This document shows, in pieces, positions 1-8,696 of a DNA stretch of 64,000 nt. Position numbers and translations under genes: made by a program. The first letter of the stretch is position 1, and each line of letters starts with the position of its first letter. This DNA comes from an uncultured Candidatus Rokubacteria bacterium. GTDB lineage: Bacteria > Methylomirabilota > Methylomirabilia > Rokubacteriales > DASRDR01. Where the stretch lies: the NCBI GenBank assembly GCA_963826115.1, contig CAWGVS010000012.1:800001-864000 (forward strand), given 5' to 3'. The notes below the pieces were generated by a model. That model was not told the origin of the DNA. It ran no database searches and saw only the letters and a program-made list of their open reading frames with translations.

Positions 1-1
1 G

Positions 2-586
2 GTCGAGCTGATCCTGGTCGACGACGGGTCCACCGACGGGAGCGCCGCGCTCGCCCGGGCCTACGTTCCGCCGGCGCGCTACGTGCGGCGCGCCAACGGC
101 GGGGCCGGCGCTGCCCGCAACACCGGGGTCGCGCGCGCGACGGGTGCATTCCTCGCGTTCTGCGACGTCGACGACGTGTGGCGCCCGACGAAGCTCGAGC
201 GCCAGATGGCCGCCGTGCGGGGGGATCCGACGCTCGACGTGGCCTTCACGGGCGTCACGGAGGTCTGGACATCGGACGAGGCCGGCCCGCGCCCGGCGCC
301 GCGGCAGAACGTCCCCGGGGCGCTCCCCTCGGCGATGCTGGTCCGGCGGGTGGCCTTCGAGCGCGTCGGCCCGTTTGCCGAGGGGCTCCGGGTCGGCGAG
401 TGGGCAGAGTGGTACACGCGGATGCGTGCGGCCGGACTCCGGGAGGCCTGGCTGCCGGAGGTACTGGTCGTCCGGGGTCTCCACGCCCGCAACCACAGCG
501 CGCTCCAGGCCGCGGCGCGGCTCGAGTACTGCGAGATCCTCCGCGCGCACATCCACCGCCAGCAGGCGCGAGGCGCGGGCGCGTGA
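2..586 (+). CDS. Glycosyltransferase family 2 (5' truncated by window)
   Basis: Frame 2 reads VELILVDDGSTDGS...GAGAARNTG...FLAFCDVDDVW, GT-A fold motifs. Confidence 0.85.
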   Translation, partial: VELILVDDGSTDGSAALARAYVPPARYVRRANGGAGAARNTGVARATGAFLAFCDVDDVWRPTKLERQMAAVRGDPTLDVAFTGVTEVWTSDEAGPRPAPRQNVPGALPSAMLVRRVAFERVGPFAEGLRVGEWAEWYTRMRAAGLREAWLPEVLVVRGLHARNHSALQAAARLEYCEILRAHIHRQQARGAGA

Positions 587-1335
587 GCGACGGCCTCGTG
601 TCCGTCGTCATCCCGTTCTACAACCCAGGCGTCTATCTGGCCGAGGCGGTCGCGAGCGTCCTTGGCCAGGCCTATCGGCCCCTCGAGGTCCTCCTGGTCG
701 ACGACGAGTCGACGGACGGCTCGGCCGACGTGGCGGCGCGCCTCGCCGGGTCCGCGGCGCCGGTGCGGCTCCTCCGCCTCGCCACGAACCAGGGGCCGGC
801 GGCCGCGCGCAACGCGGGACTCCGGGCGTCGCGGGGCGACTTCGTGACGTTCCTCGATGCCGACGACCTCATGGTCGCGGACCGTCTCGTCGTCCAGACC
901 GCTCATCTCCGGGCCCACCCGACGGTCGATGCGGTCGTCGGCCTGGCGGACAACGTCCTCGAGCCCGGGGTCGTCCCGCCGGTCTGGCTCCGCTGGGTCG
1001 GCACCGGGGCCCACCCCGGCTACGCGTACGCGATGTCGGTGCTCACCCATCGCCGCGTCTTCGACCGGGTCGGTCTCTTCGACCCCGCGCTCCGCGTCGG
1101 CGAGGACACGGACTGGATGCTCCGCGCGCGGGCGGCCGGTGTCCGCATCGCCCGGATCGACCGGGTGCTGCTCCGTCGCCGGATCCACGGGGCCAACCTC
1201 TCGTACCGGACGGAGGAGATGCGCGCGGCGGCCCACCGGAGCGTCCTCCGCCTGGCGCGGCAGCGCATCACCCAGCGGGCGGGCGCGAGGGACGCGCCGC
1301 GCCGCCCGGCTCCCGCGGACGAAGCTCTTCCATGA
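583..1335 (+). CDS. Glycosyltransferase family 2
   Basis: GTG overlaps the upstream TGA; VSVVIPFYN, VDDESTD, GPAAARNAG, FLDADD, GEDTDW. Confidence 0.9.
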   Translation: MSDGLVSVVIPFYNPGVYLAEAVASVLGQAYRPLEVLLVDDESTDGSADVAARLAGSAAPVRLLRLATNQGPAAARNAGLRASRGDFVTFLDADDLMVADRLVVQTAHLRAHPTVDAVVGLADNVLEPGVVPPVWLRWVGTGAHPGYAYAMSVLTHRRVFDRVGLFDPALRVGEDTDWMLRARAAGVRIARIDRVLLRRRIHGANLSYRTEEMRAAAHRSVLRLARQRITQRAGARDAPRRPAPADEALP

Positions 1336-1429
1336 GCGCGGCCATCGCGAGGACGTAGGGCTCGGCCCAGCGGAGCTCGGGCCCGCCCCGCGAGGTCTGG
1401 TAGAGGCGCCCCCGGCCCCCGGCCACCGG

Positions 1430-1466
1430 CGAATTCCTGCCGCGCGCGGCCGAGACCGATGGGAGA
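1430..1466 (+). promoter_or_regulatory. Upstream motif, copy 1 (CGAATTCCTG...TGGGAGA)
   Basis: About 30/37 identical by hand alignment to 2789-2824; both copies precede secreted-protein genes. Confidence 0.45.
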
Positions 1467-1519
1467 GTGGCGTGCGAGATCGCCGGGGCCCTCCCGTGCC
1501 ATCTCCGGGAGGAGCCGCC

Positions 1520-2759
1520 GTGGGCGTCGCCGAGCGCTCGACCGTCCGAGCCCGTCTGGATCGCGCCCGCGGGCGTCGTCCGGGTCGCGTGCTCGTCCCG
1601 CTCGCCGTCTTGCTCCTCGTGTCGCCGGCCGCCGCGGCCGTGATCCGTCTCACCAGCGGCGGCGTGATCGAGGCGCAAGCGTGGCGCGAGGTGGGGGACG
1701 AGCTCGAGGTCGCCCTCGAGGGCGGGACCCTGCGCGTCCCGAAGGTGGACGTCCTGCGGATCGAGGGCCCCCCGCCGCGCCCCGCCGCCCCGCCGGTGCC
1801 CCCGCCGTCCGCGCGACCGATTCCCCCGCCCGTCGCGAAGGCCGCGCCGCTGGCGCCGAGCCCGACCTCGCCGCCGACGGCTGCCGCCGGTCCTCCCGAT
1901 CGCGGCTGTGCCCCGCCCGGTCTCCGTCACGCTCCCGGCCCCGCCGGCGGCGCACTCGATCCCCGCGTCGGTCGCGAAGGGCACGCCGAGCGCGCCGAGC
2001 CCGACCCCGTCGCTCCGGCCGGCGCCCGCAGCGCCGCCCCCGCCGGCCGCCGTCGCGCTCCCGGCTCCGCCGCCGGCCGCGCCCCCGATCCCGGAGGCCG
2101 TCGCGAAGACCGCGCCGAGTGCCCCGGCATCCCCACGGCCGACTCCCGCCCCGGTGCCGCCCGCCGCGTCGATCGCGGCGGCGCCCCTCACACCCCGACC
2201 CCCGACGGTGGTGGCGGATGGCCGCCCGGTGGACCAGTGGCGGCGCGACCTCGTGTCGCCGGCGGTCGAGGTCCGGCGCCGGGCCGCGAGCGCGCTCGCG
2301 CAGCTCGCCGAGAGCGACGCCGACACCGTCGTTCCCCTGCTGACCCCGGCGCTCAAGGACGGCGACGCGCAGGTGCGGGTCGCGGCGGCGCTGGCGTTGG
2401 GGCCGCGCGGGCGGGAGCCACAGGCCGTCACGGCGGTGCTCGTCTCGACCCTGGGCGCGACCGACGTCGCGCGGCGCCGGACGGGCAGCCAGGTCCTCGT
2501 GATGATGGGGCCGGCGGCGAAGGACGCGGCGCCGGCGCTGCTCCTCGCGTTCGCGAGCGACCCGGACGCGACGGTCCGCCAGAATGCCGCGACGGCGCTC
2601 CGCCAGATCGGCCCCGCGGCCGAGGAGGTCGTCCCGGGCCTGACGAGCGCGCTCCGGCACAAGGACCCCGCGGTGCGTCGCGCCGCGGCGACGCTGCTCG
2701 GCGACCTCGGGAGCGCCGAGTCGGCGATCCCGAAAGGCGCGCCCGCGCCGCGCCCCTAG
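1520..2759 (+). pseudogene. Secreted Pro-rich/HEAT-repeat protein with a frameshift near 1875-1885 (real or assembly error)
   Basis: GGAGGAG SD plus GTG at 1520 and signal peptide in one frame; rest of Pro linker and HEAT repeats (VRRRAASAL, VRVAAALAL, VRQNAATAL, VRRAAATLL) in another. Confidence 0.65.
1820..2150 (+). repeat. Three degenerate intragenic repeats, IPxxVAKxxPxAP
   Basis: Units start at 1820, 1959 and 2088 (spacings 139 and 129 nt). Confidence 0.6.
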
Positions 2760-2788
2760 CCAGTCGCCCGCGTCGCGGCGGCCGGCGC

Positions 2789-2824
2789 CGAATTCCTGTC
2801 GGGCGCGCCGGAGGCGGTGGGAGA
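2789..2824 (+). promoter_or_regulatory. Upstream motif, copy 2
   Basis: Similar to 1430-1466. Confidence 0.45.
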
Positions 2825-2834
2825 CTGGAGGCCG

Positions 2835-3215
2835 ATGCTCCGGACCCGCATCCTCCGCCCGCGCTGGCTCAGCGTGGCCCTCGTGGTGTGGGCCGCCGCG
2901 TGGTGCGCCCTCCCCGCGCCGGCCGACGGGGCGCCGCTTCCGCCGACCCGGGCGCCGGCCGCCGAGGGGGCGCCGGCGGACGTCGAGCTCCAGGTCCTCC
3001 GGACGGCCCTGGTCGGCCAGGGCCTCACCCCCGCGGACGCCGACCTCGTCATGGCACGCCTCACGCCCGCGGAGCGCGCGGAGCTCGCCCAGCGCGCCGG
3101 CGAGGCGGCCGTGGGGGGGGACCCCGCCCTCCTCCTCATCATCGGCATCATTCTGGTGGTGGCGATCCTCCTCTATCTCCCCATGGCGGGCCGCATGCAG
3201 GGGTGGTGGCAGTAG
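2835..3215 (+). CDS. PA2779-family-like secreted/membrane protein
   Basis: GGAGG SD, signal peptide, 'GLTPADA..MARLTPAE..ELA...AVGGD' followed by a C-terminal TM helix. Confidence 0.65.
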   Translation: MLRTRILRPRWLSVALVVWAAAWCALPAPADGAPLPPTRAPAAEGAPADVELQVLRTALVGQGLTPADADLVMARLTPAERAELAQRAGEAAVGGDPALLLIIGIILVVAILLYLPMAGRMQGWWQ

Positions 3216-3262
3216 TCCACGCCGCCTGACCCGGCCCGCCCGGGCGGCCCGTCGGGGCCGCG

Positions 3263-3291
3263 TTGACAGCCCTCCCGGTGGGGCATAGAGT
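3263..3291 (+). promoter_or_regulatory. Sigma70-type promoter of the CBS gene
   Basis: TTGACA-N17-TAGAGT. Confidence 0.65.
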
Positions 3292-3351
3292 CGCGGAAAG
3301 TCGCCCGGCGGGCGCCGTTCCGCCGGGTCCGACCGTTGGAGGTGGCGGGCC

Positions 3352-3882
3352 ATGGAAGCACGGGAGTACCACGACGCCTACTCGGAGTCGCTCGAGGCGG
3401 ACTTCCAGGAGCTCGAGAGCGCCCTCCTCAGCGACACGGTCAAGATCCTGGCGCCGAACGAGCCGATCAAATGCTCGCCGGACACGACGGTCCACGCGGC
3501 CATCCTGCAGATGGCGGAGAAGCGCCGGGCGTCGGTCGTGATCGTCGACAAGCAGGGCCAGCTGCGCGGCATCTTCACCGAGCGCGACCTGCTACGCCGG
3601 GTGGCGGTGCCGGGGCGCGACCCGAAGACGACGCCGCTCTCCGACGTGATGACGCGGGACCCCGAGTCGCTGGGCCCGGATGCGCTGATCGCCTACGCGA
3701 TCAACCGGCTCCACAACGCGAGCTACCGGACGATTCCCCTCGTGGACGCCCAGGGTCGCCCGATCGGCGTCATGACCGTGAACGACATCGTCCAGTGGCT
3801 GGCGGAGCTGTTCCCCGAGGCGATCCTCAACGCGCCGCCGGGGGGCGCGCTGAAGCGCCCGCACGACGTCGACGCGGGCTAG
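3352..3882 (+). CDS. CBS domain pair protein
   Basis: GGAGG SD; GIFTERDLL, DVMTRDP, IPLVD..GRPIGVMTVNDI. Confidence 0.9.
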   Translation: MEAREYHDAYSESLEADFQELESALLSDTVKILAPNEPIKCSPDTTVHAAILQMAEKRRASVVIVDKQGQLRGIFTERDLLRRVAVPGRDPKTTPLSDVMTRDPESLGPDALIAYAINRLHNASYRTIPLVDAQGRPIGVMTVNDIVQWLAELFPEAILNAPPGGALKRPHDVDAG

Positions 3883-3914
3883 GGCCCGCGCGCGCCGGTC
3901 CCCGAAACGCAAAC

Positions 3915-3939
3915 CGCCCCCGGAGTCCGTCCGGGGGCG
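3915..3939 (-). terminator. Intrinsic terminator between convergent genes
   Basis: 10-bp stem CGCCCCCGGA/TCCGGGGGCG, followed by GTTTGCGTTT on the minus strand. Confidence 0.6.
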
Positions 3940-3976
3940 ATGTCGCGCGAGCGCGCGTCGGCCTGGTCGTGGGCCG

Positions 3977-4264
3977 CTACTTCACCTGCTCGGCGAGCCA
4001 CTTCGCGGCCTTCGCCTGCGCCTCGGAGATGCCGTGCTTGCCGGTGGCGTGCGACGCCTCGGCGTCCTTCGAGAGCGCCTTGGCCTCCTCGATCATGCCG
4101 GCGTTGCGCGCCTTCTGCCGGTCGTCGCCCATCCCGGCCTTGGGCTCGGCGGCGGCGATGGCCTCGTTGGCGGCCTTGACCAGCGTGGGGCAGCTGAAGG
4201 CCCAGGCGGAGCCGGCGGCGAGCCCCACCACGAGCGCGAGCGAGAGCGTGAGCCACGTCCGCAT
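3977..4264 (-). CDS. Small secreted helical protein with CP...HxxGxH motif
   Basis: GAGGAGG SD; signal peptide ending AWA; mature FSCPTL...HATGKH. Confidence 0.8.
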   Translation of the reverse strand: MRTWLTLSLALVVGLAAGSAWAFSCPTLVKAANEAIAAAEPKAGMGDDRQKARNAGMIEEAKALSKDAEASHATGKHGISEAQAKAAKWLAEQVK

Positions 4265-4316
4265 CGTCGACCTCCTCAGCGGGTGAGCATGGACGGCGCG
4301 ACAGCCTCGCCAGGGG

Positions 4317-4342
4317 AACGGCCCGTCGTCCGGCAAGGTTCC
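4317..4342 (-). promoter_or_regulatory. ECF-sigma-type promoter
   Basis: Minus strand GGAAC-N17-CGTT upstream of 4264. Confidence 0.55.
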
Positions 4343-4373
4343 CGGGGTGCCGGTGCCCGGGGCGGAACGTCCC

Positions 4374-4382
4374 TGGTATAAT
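4374..4382 (+). promoter_or_regulatory. Extended -10 promoter of nuo cluster 1
   Basis: TGG-TATAAT 10 nt before the nuoA GTG; no SD, so near-leaderless. Confidence 0.65.
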
Positions 4383-4392
4383 ACCGGCCGCC

Positions 4393-4746
4393 GTGGCAGA
4401 GTACCTCCCCGTTCTCGTCTTTCTCGTGATGATCGTGGCCTTCGGGGGCGCGAGCCTCGTCGCGGCCGCGCTGGTGCGCCCCTCGCGTCCGACCGTGGCG
4501 AAGCTCCAGAGCTACGAGTGCGGCCCCGATCCCGTCGGACCCGCCTGGATCCGGTTCCCGGTGGGCTTCTACCTGGTGGCCCTCGTCTTCATCGTCTTCG
4601 ACGCCCTGGTGGTCTTCCTCTTCCCCTGGGCCCTCGTCCTCCGCGCGCTCGGCTGGGCCGCCTTCGGGCCGATGGCGCTCTTCCTCGCGATCCTGGGGCT
4701 CGGCTGGCTCTACGCCTACCGGGAGGGCGTGCTCGCGTGGAAATAA
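4393..4746 (+). CDS. nuoA: NADH-quinone oxidoreductase subunit A (cluster 1)
   Basis: YECG loop, [12 protein letters not shown], three TM helices, GVLAWK end. Confidence 0.95.
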   Translation: MAEYLPVLVFLVMIVAFGGASLVAAALVRPSRPTVAKLQSYECGPDPVGPAWIRFPVGFYLVALVFIVFDALVVFLFPWALVLRALGWAAFGPMALFLAILGLGWLYAYREGVLAWK

Positions 4747-5375
4747 AGCCGCCGATCCCGGTCATTCCCCCGCCGGCCTGGGAGGAGATGAAGGATCTCC
4801 AGGAGTGGGTGAAGTACCGGCAGGAGCGGCCGAGCGGGGACCACGTCTCGGCGACGGTGGCGGCGCTCTGGGACCGGCTCGAGCACTTCCCGGGGGGCTG
4901 GCTCGCGGTGACCTCGACCAGCAAGCTGTTCAACTGGGCGCGGAAGTCGTCGATGTGGCCGGTGACGTTCGGGCTCGCCTGCTGCGCGATCGAGATGATG
5001 GCGACGTTCGCGTCCCGATTCGACGTGGAGCGCCTGGGGATGGTGCCGTGGGCCTCGCCCCGCCACGCGGACCTCATGATCGTGTCGGGGACCGTGACGA
5101 TCAAGATGGCGCCCATGCTGAAGCGGATCTACGAGCAGATGGCGGATCCGAAGTGGTGCATCTCCATGGGCTCGTGCGCCAACTCGGGCGGGCCCTTCCG
5201 CCACGGGTACCACGTCGTGAAGGGCGTCGACCGGGTCGTTCCCGTCGACGTGTACGTCCCGGGCTGCCCGCCGACGCCCGAGTCCCTCATGTACGGCATT
5301 CTCAAGCTCCACGAGAAGGTCGCCGAGTACCAAGAAACCGGCCATCGCACCCCGCCGGGCGCGCCCCCGGACTGA
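4737..5375 (+). CDS. nuoB: NADH-quinone oxidoreductase subunit B (cluster 1)
   Basis: [31 protein letters not shown]; exact start uncertain. Confidence 0.93.
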   Translation: MEIKPPIPVIPPPAWEEMKDLQEWVKYRQERPSGDHVSATVAALWDRLEHFPGGWLAVTSTSKLFNWARKSSMWPVTFGLACCAIEMMATFASRFDVERLGMVPWASPRHADLMIVSGTVTIKMAPMLKRIYEQMADPKWCISMGSCANSGGPFRHGYHVVKGVDRVVPVDVYVPGCPPTPESLMYGILKLHEKVAEYQETGHRTPPGAPPD

Positions 5376-5387
5376 GCCCATCCGCCG

Positions 5388-5858
5388 GTGACCGCGGAGA
5401 CGGCGATCGCGCGCCTGCGGGAGACCCTCGGGGTCGAGGCCACGGGCGAGGATCCCAAGCGCCCCCTCGACCTCCGGCACCTCGTCGCCACCGTGCCCGT
5501 CGAGCGCTGGGTCGAGGCCCTCACGTTCGCGCGGGACGGGCTCGGGTGCCGCTACTTCTGCCATCTCACTGCGGTCGACTGGAAGGCGGAGGGGTTCGAG
5601 GTGGTGTGCCGCGTGGAGAACCTCGAGACGCACCTGGGGTTGACCCTCAAGACCCGGGTCGGCCGCGAGGCGCCGTGCCCGAGCCTCACCGGCCTCTTCC
5701 GGGGCGCGCTCTGGATGGAACGCGAGTGCCACGAGCTGTTCGGGATCCGCTTCGAGGGGCACCCCGACCTCCGGCGGCTCCTGCTCCCGGAGGACTGGGA
5801 AGGCTATCCCCTCCGCAAGGACTACGCGGTCGACACGCCGCATCCCCCATACCGATGA
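5388..5858 (+). CDS. nuoC: NADH-quinone oxidoreductase subunit C (cluster 1)
   Basis: [36 protein letters not shown]. Confidence 0.95.
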   Translation: MTAETAIARLRETLGVEATGEDPKRPLDLRHLVATVPVERWVEALTFARDGLGCRYFCHLTAVDWKAEGFEVVCRVENLETHLGLTLKTRVGREAPCPSLTGLFRGALWMERECHELFGIRFEGHPDLRRLLLPEDWEGYPLRKDYAVDTPHPPYR

Positions 5859-5877
5859 ATCCCGACGGGAGGCCCCG

Positions 5878-6516
5878 ATGATCCACGAGCTCCGCCGCTA
5901 CCAGGTCAAGCCGGGTAAGCTCGCCACCTACGTCGAGCAGTCCGGCTCGATCGGCCGGCCCATCCGGGGCGACCGCTACGGGAAGCTCCTCGGCTACTGG
6001 TCGACGGAGCTCGGGCCCCTCAACCAGGTCGTCCACCTGTGGGAGTACCCGGACCTCGCGGCGCGGGCGACCGCGCGCGCCGGGCTCGCGAAGGACGAGC
6101 GCTGGGTCAAGGAGTACCTGCCGGTGAGCGGTCCGCTCCTCGAGGCCCAGGAGAACATGATCCTGACGCCCTTCGACTGGGCGCCCTTCCGGCCGACCAC
6201 CGGGATGGGGCTCCACGAGCTGCGCGTCTACCGCCTCCACCCGGGGAAGCTCGCCGCCTACGGCGAGGCGATGCGGGAGGCGCTGCCGATCCGGGAGAAG
6301 CACTCCGCGCCCGTCGCGTACTGGCTCGTCGAGATCGGCTCCCTCAACACGGTCGTCCACCTCTGGGGCTACCGGGACCTCGCCCACCGCGCCGAGGTGC
6401 GCAAGGGGCTCGCTGCCGACGCCGCGTGGCAGACGGCCGTCGGCCGCCTGATGCCGCTCCTCCAGGCCCAGGAGGCGACGATCCTGGTCCCCACGAGCTA
6501 CTCCCCCTGCCGGTAG
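5878..6516 (+). CDS. Tandem NIPSNAP-domain protein
   Basis: Two repeats of HELRxY...G.LNxVVHLWxYxDLAxR; GGAGG SD. Confidence 0.9.
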   Translation: MIHELRRYQVKPGKLATYVEQSGSIGRPIRGDRYGKLLGYWSTELGPLNQVVHLWEYPDLAARATARAGLAKDERWVKEYLPVSGPLLEAQENMILTPFDWAPFRPTTGMGLHELRVYRLHPGKLAAYGEAMREALPIREKHSAPVAYWLVEIGSLNTVVHLWGYRDLAHRAEVRKGLAADAAWQTAVGRLMPLLQAQEATILVPTSYSPCR

Positions 6517-6541
6517 GCCCCGGGAGGCAAGGACCGACCCC

Positions 6542-7702
6542 ATGACCGCGCCCGCCCGGACCGTCGTCGAGTACGGCTACGGCGGCAACGAGCGCCTCGT
6601 GATGAACATGGGGCCGCAGCACCCGTCCGCCCACGGCGTCTTCCGCATGATCCTCACGCTCGAGGGCGAGACGATCGTCGACGTCGACCCGGTGATCGGC
6701 TACCTCCACCGGTGCCACGAGAAGCTCGGCGAGTCCTTGACCTACGTCCAGTACCCGTCGATCGCCTCGAAGACCGACTACGTGTCGGCGATGACCGCGG
6801 AGCTCTGCTACGTGCGCGCGGCGGAGCAGCTCGGCCAGATCGAGGTGCCGGCGCGCGCCCAGCACCTCCGGGTGCTGGTGGCGGAGCTCCAGCGGGTGGC
6901 GTCGCACTGCCTCTGGCTCGGGACCTGGTGCATGGACATGGGGGGCGCCCTCGGCGGCGGGGCCACCATGTTCCTCTACTGCTTCCGCGAGCGGGAGATG
7001 ATCCTGGACCTGTTCGAGGCGCTCACGGGCGCGCGCCTCCTCTACGGGTTCCACCAGGTCGGCGGGATCCGGTACGACATCCCCGCCGGGTGGGCGGGCA
7101 AGGTCCGCGAGACGCTCGCCCACATCGAGGGGCGGCTCCACGAGTACGAGGCGCTCCTCGAGGGAAACACGATCTTCCTGGTCCGCACGCAGGGCGTGGG
7201 CGTGATCTCCCCCGCGCTCGCCCAGGAGGTCGGGGTGTCGGGCCCGCTCCTCCGGGGCTCCGGCTTCGCCCACGACCTCCGGCGGGTGGAGCCCTACGCC
7301 GCGTACGAGGCGTTCGCCTTCGACATCCCCGTCGAGACCGCCGGCGACTGCTTCGCGCGCTACCGCGTCCGGATGCAGGAGTTCCGGCAGGCGATCCGGA
7401 TCGTCCGCCAGGCGCTGGACGGCTTGCCCGAGGGTCCGATCTCGTCGCGCCCCGGCGTGAAGTCGATCGGCCAGGTGAAGCTCCCGAAGGGCGAGGCGTA
7501 CGCGCGCGTCGAGAGCCCGCGGGGCGAGGTCGGCATCTACCTGGTGTCGGACGGGTCGACGAAGCCCTACCGGATGAAGTGGCGCGGCGCCTCGTTCTCG
7601 AACCTCGCGGTGGCCGGCCACATCCTCCCGGGCCACAAGATCGCCGACGCCGTCGCGATCCTGGGCTCGATCGACCCGGTCTTCGGCGAGGTCGACCGCT
7701 AG
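6542..7702 (+). CDS. nuoD: NADH-quinone oxidoreductase subunit D (cluster 1)
   Basis: NMGPQHPSAHGV, IGYLHR, ESPRGE, C-terminal DPVFGEVDR. Confidence 0.95.
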   Translation: MTAPARTVVEYGYGGNERLVMNMGPQHPSAHGVFRMILTLEGETIVDVDPVIGYLHRCHEKLGESLTYVQYPSIASKTDYVSAMTAELCYVRAAEQLGQIEVPARAQHLRVLVAELQRVASHCLWLGTWCMDMGGALGGGATMFLYCFREREMILDLFEALTGARLLYGFHQVGGIRYDIPAGWAGKVRETLAHIEGRLHEYEALLEGNTIFLVRTQGVGVISPALAQEVGVSGPLLRGSGFAHDLRRVEPYAAYEAFAFDIPVETAGDCFARYRVRMQEFRQAIRIVRQALDGLPEGPISSRPGVKSIGQVKLPKGEAYARVESPRGEVGIYLVSDGSTKPYRMKWRGASFSNLAVAGHILPGHKIADAVAILGSIDPVFGEVDR

Positions 7703-7706
7703 CGCG

Positions 7707-8696
7707 ATGACCGACCTCCTCTGGACCGTCGGGCCGCCGTTCCTGCTCCTGAACGGGGTCCTGATCATCGTGACGTACCTCACCCTGCTCGAGCGGAAGG
7801 TCGCGGCGCGGCTCCAGTCCCGGGTGGGGCCGTACGAGGTCGGGCGCCCGCACGGGTGGCTCCAGCCGATCGCCGACGCGATCAAGCTCCTCCTCAAGGA
7901 GGACATCGTCCCCACGGCCGCCGACCGCCCGGTCTACAACCTGGCGCCGATCGTGTTCCTGGTGCCGGCGTTCCTCATGTACGCGGCGATCCCCTTCGCG
8001 CAGGGCTGGGCCCTCGCCGACGTGGAGATCGGGCTCGTCTTCGTGCTGGCGGTGTCGTCGCTCGAGGTCGTGGGCCTGTTCATGTGCGGGTGGGGCTCCA
8101 ACAACAAGTACGCGCTCCTCTCGGCCATGCGGGCCGTGAACCAGATCATCTCGTACGAGGTGCCGTTCATCCTGGTGGCGCTGGTCCCGGTGGTGCTGAC
8201 GGGGTCGCTCCGCCTCTCGACGATCGTCGAGGCGCAGCACGGCCTCCTCGGCTGGTTCGTGTTCTACCCGGTGCTGGGGCAGCTGGCCTTCCTCGCCTTC
8301 ATGGTGATGTCGCTCGCCTCGGAGAACCGCATCCCGTTCGACATCGTCGAGGCCGAGTCGGAGCTGGTCGCGGGCTTCCGGGTGGAGTACTCCGGGATGA
8401 AGTTCGCCCTGATCCAGCTGGCGGAGTTCGTCCACCTGTTCGGGGTGTCGTGCCTCGGCACGCTCCTGTTCCTCGGCGGGTGGCTCGGCCCCGGGCCGGC
8501 GGCGCTCGGCCCGCTCTGGTTCCTGCTGAAGTCGCTCTTCCTCTTCGTCGTGATCGTCTGGGTGCGCTGGTCGTTCATCCGGATCCGGGTGGACCAGATC
8601 CTCGCCCTGTCGTGGAAGGTGTTCCTGCCGGCGTCGGTCGCGCTGCTCCTGGCCGCGGGCGCGATCGTGGCGGCGCGCGGAGGCCCCGGTGCCTGA
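7707..8696 (+). CDS. nuoH: NADH-quinone oxidoreductase subunit H (cluster 1)
   Basis: ERKVAARLQSRVGP, ADAIKLLLKE, PFDIVEAESELVAGF. Confidence 0.95.
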   Translation: MTDLLWTVGPPFLLLNGVLIIVTYLTLLERKVAARLQSRVGPYEVGRPHGWLQPIADAIKLLLKEDIVPTAADRPVYNLAPIVFLVPAFLMYAAIPFAQGWALADVEIGLVFVLAVSSLEVVGLFMCGWGSNNKYALLSAMRAVNQIISYEVPFILVALVPVVLTGSLRLSTIVEAQHGLLGWFVFYPVLGQLAFLAFMVMSLASENRIPFDIVEAESELVAGFRVEYSGMKFALIQLAEFVHLFGVSCLGTLLFLGGWLGPGPAALGPLWFLLKSLFLFVVIVWVRWSFIRIRVDQILALSWKVFLPASVALLLAAGAIVAARGGPGA

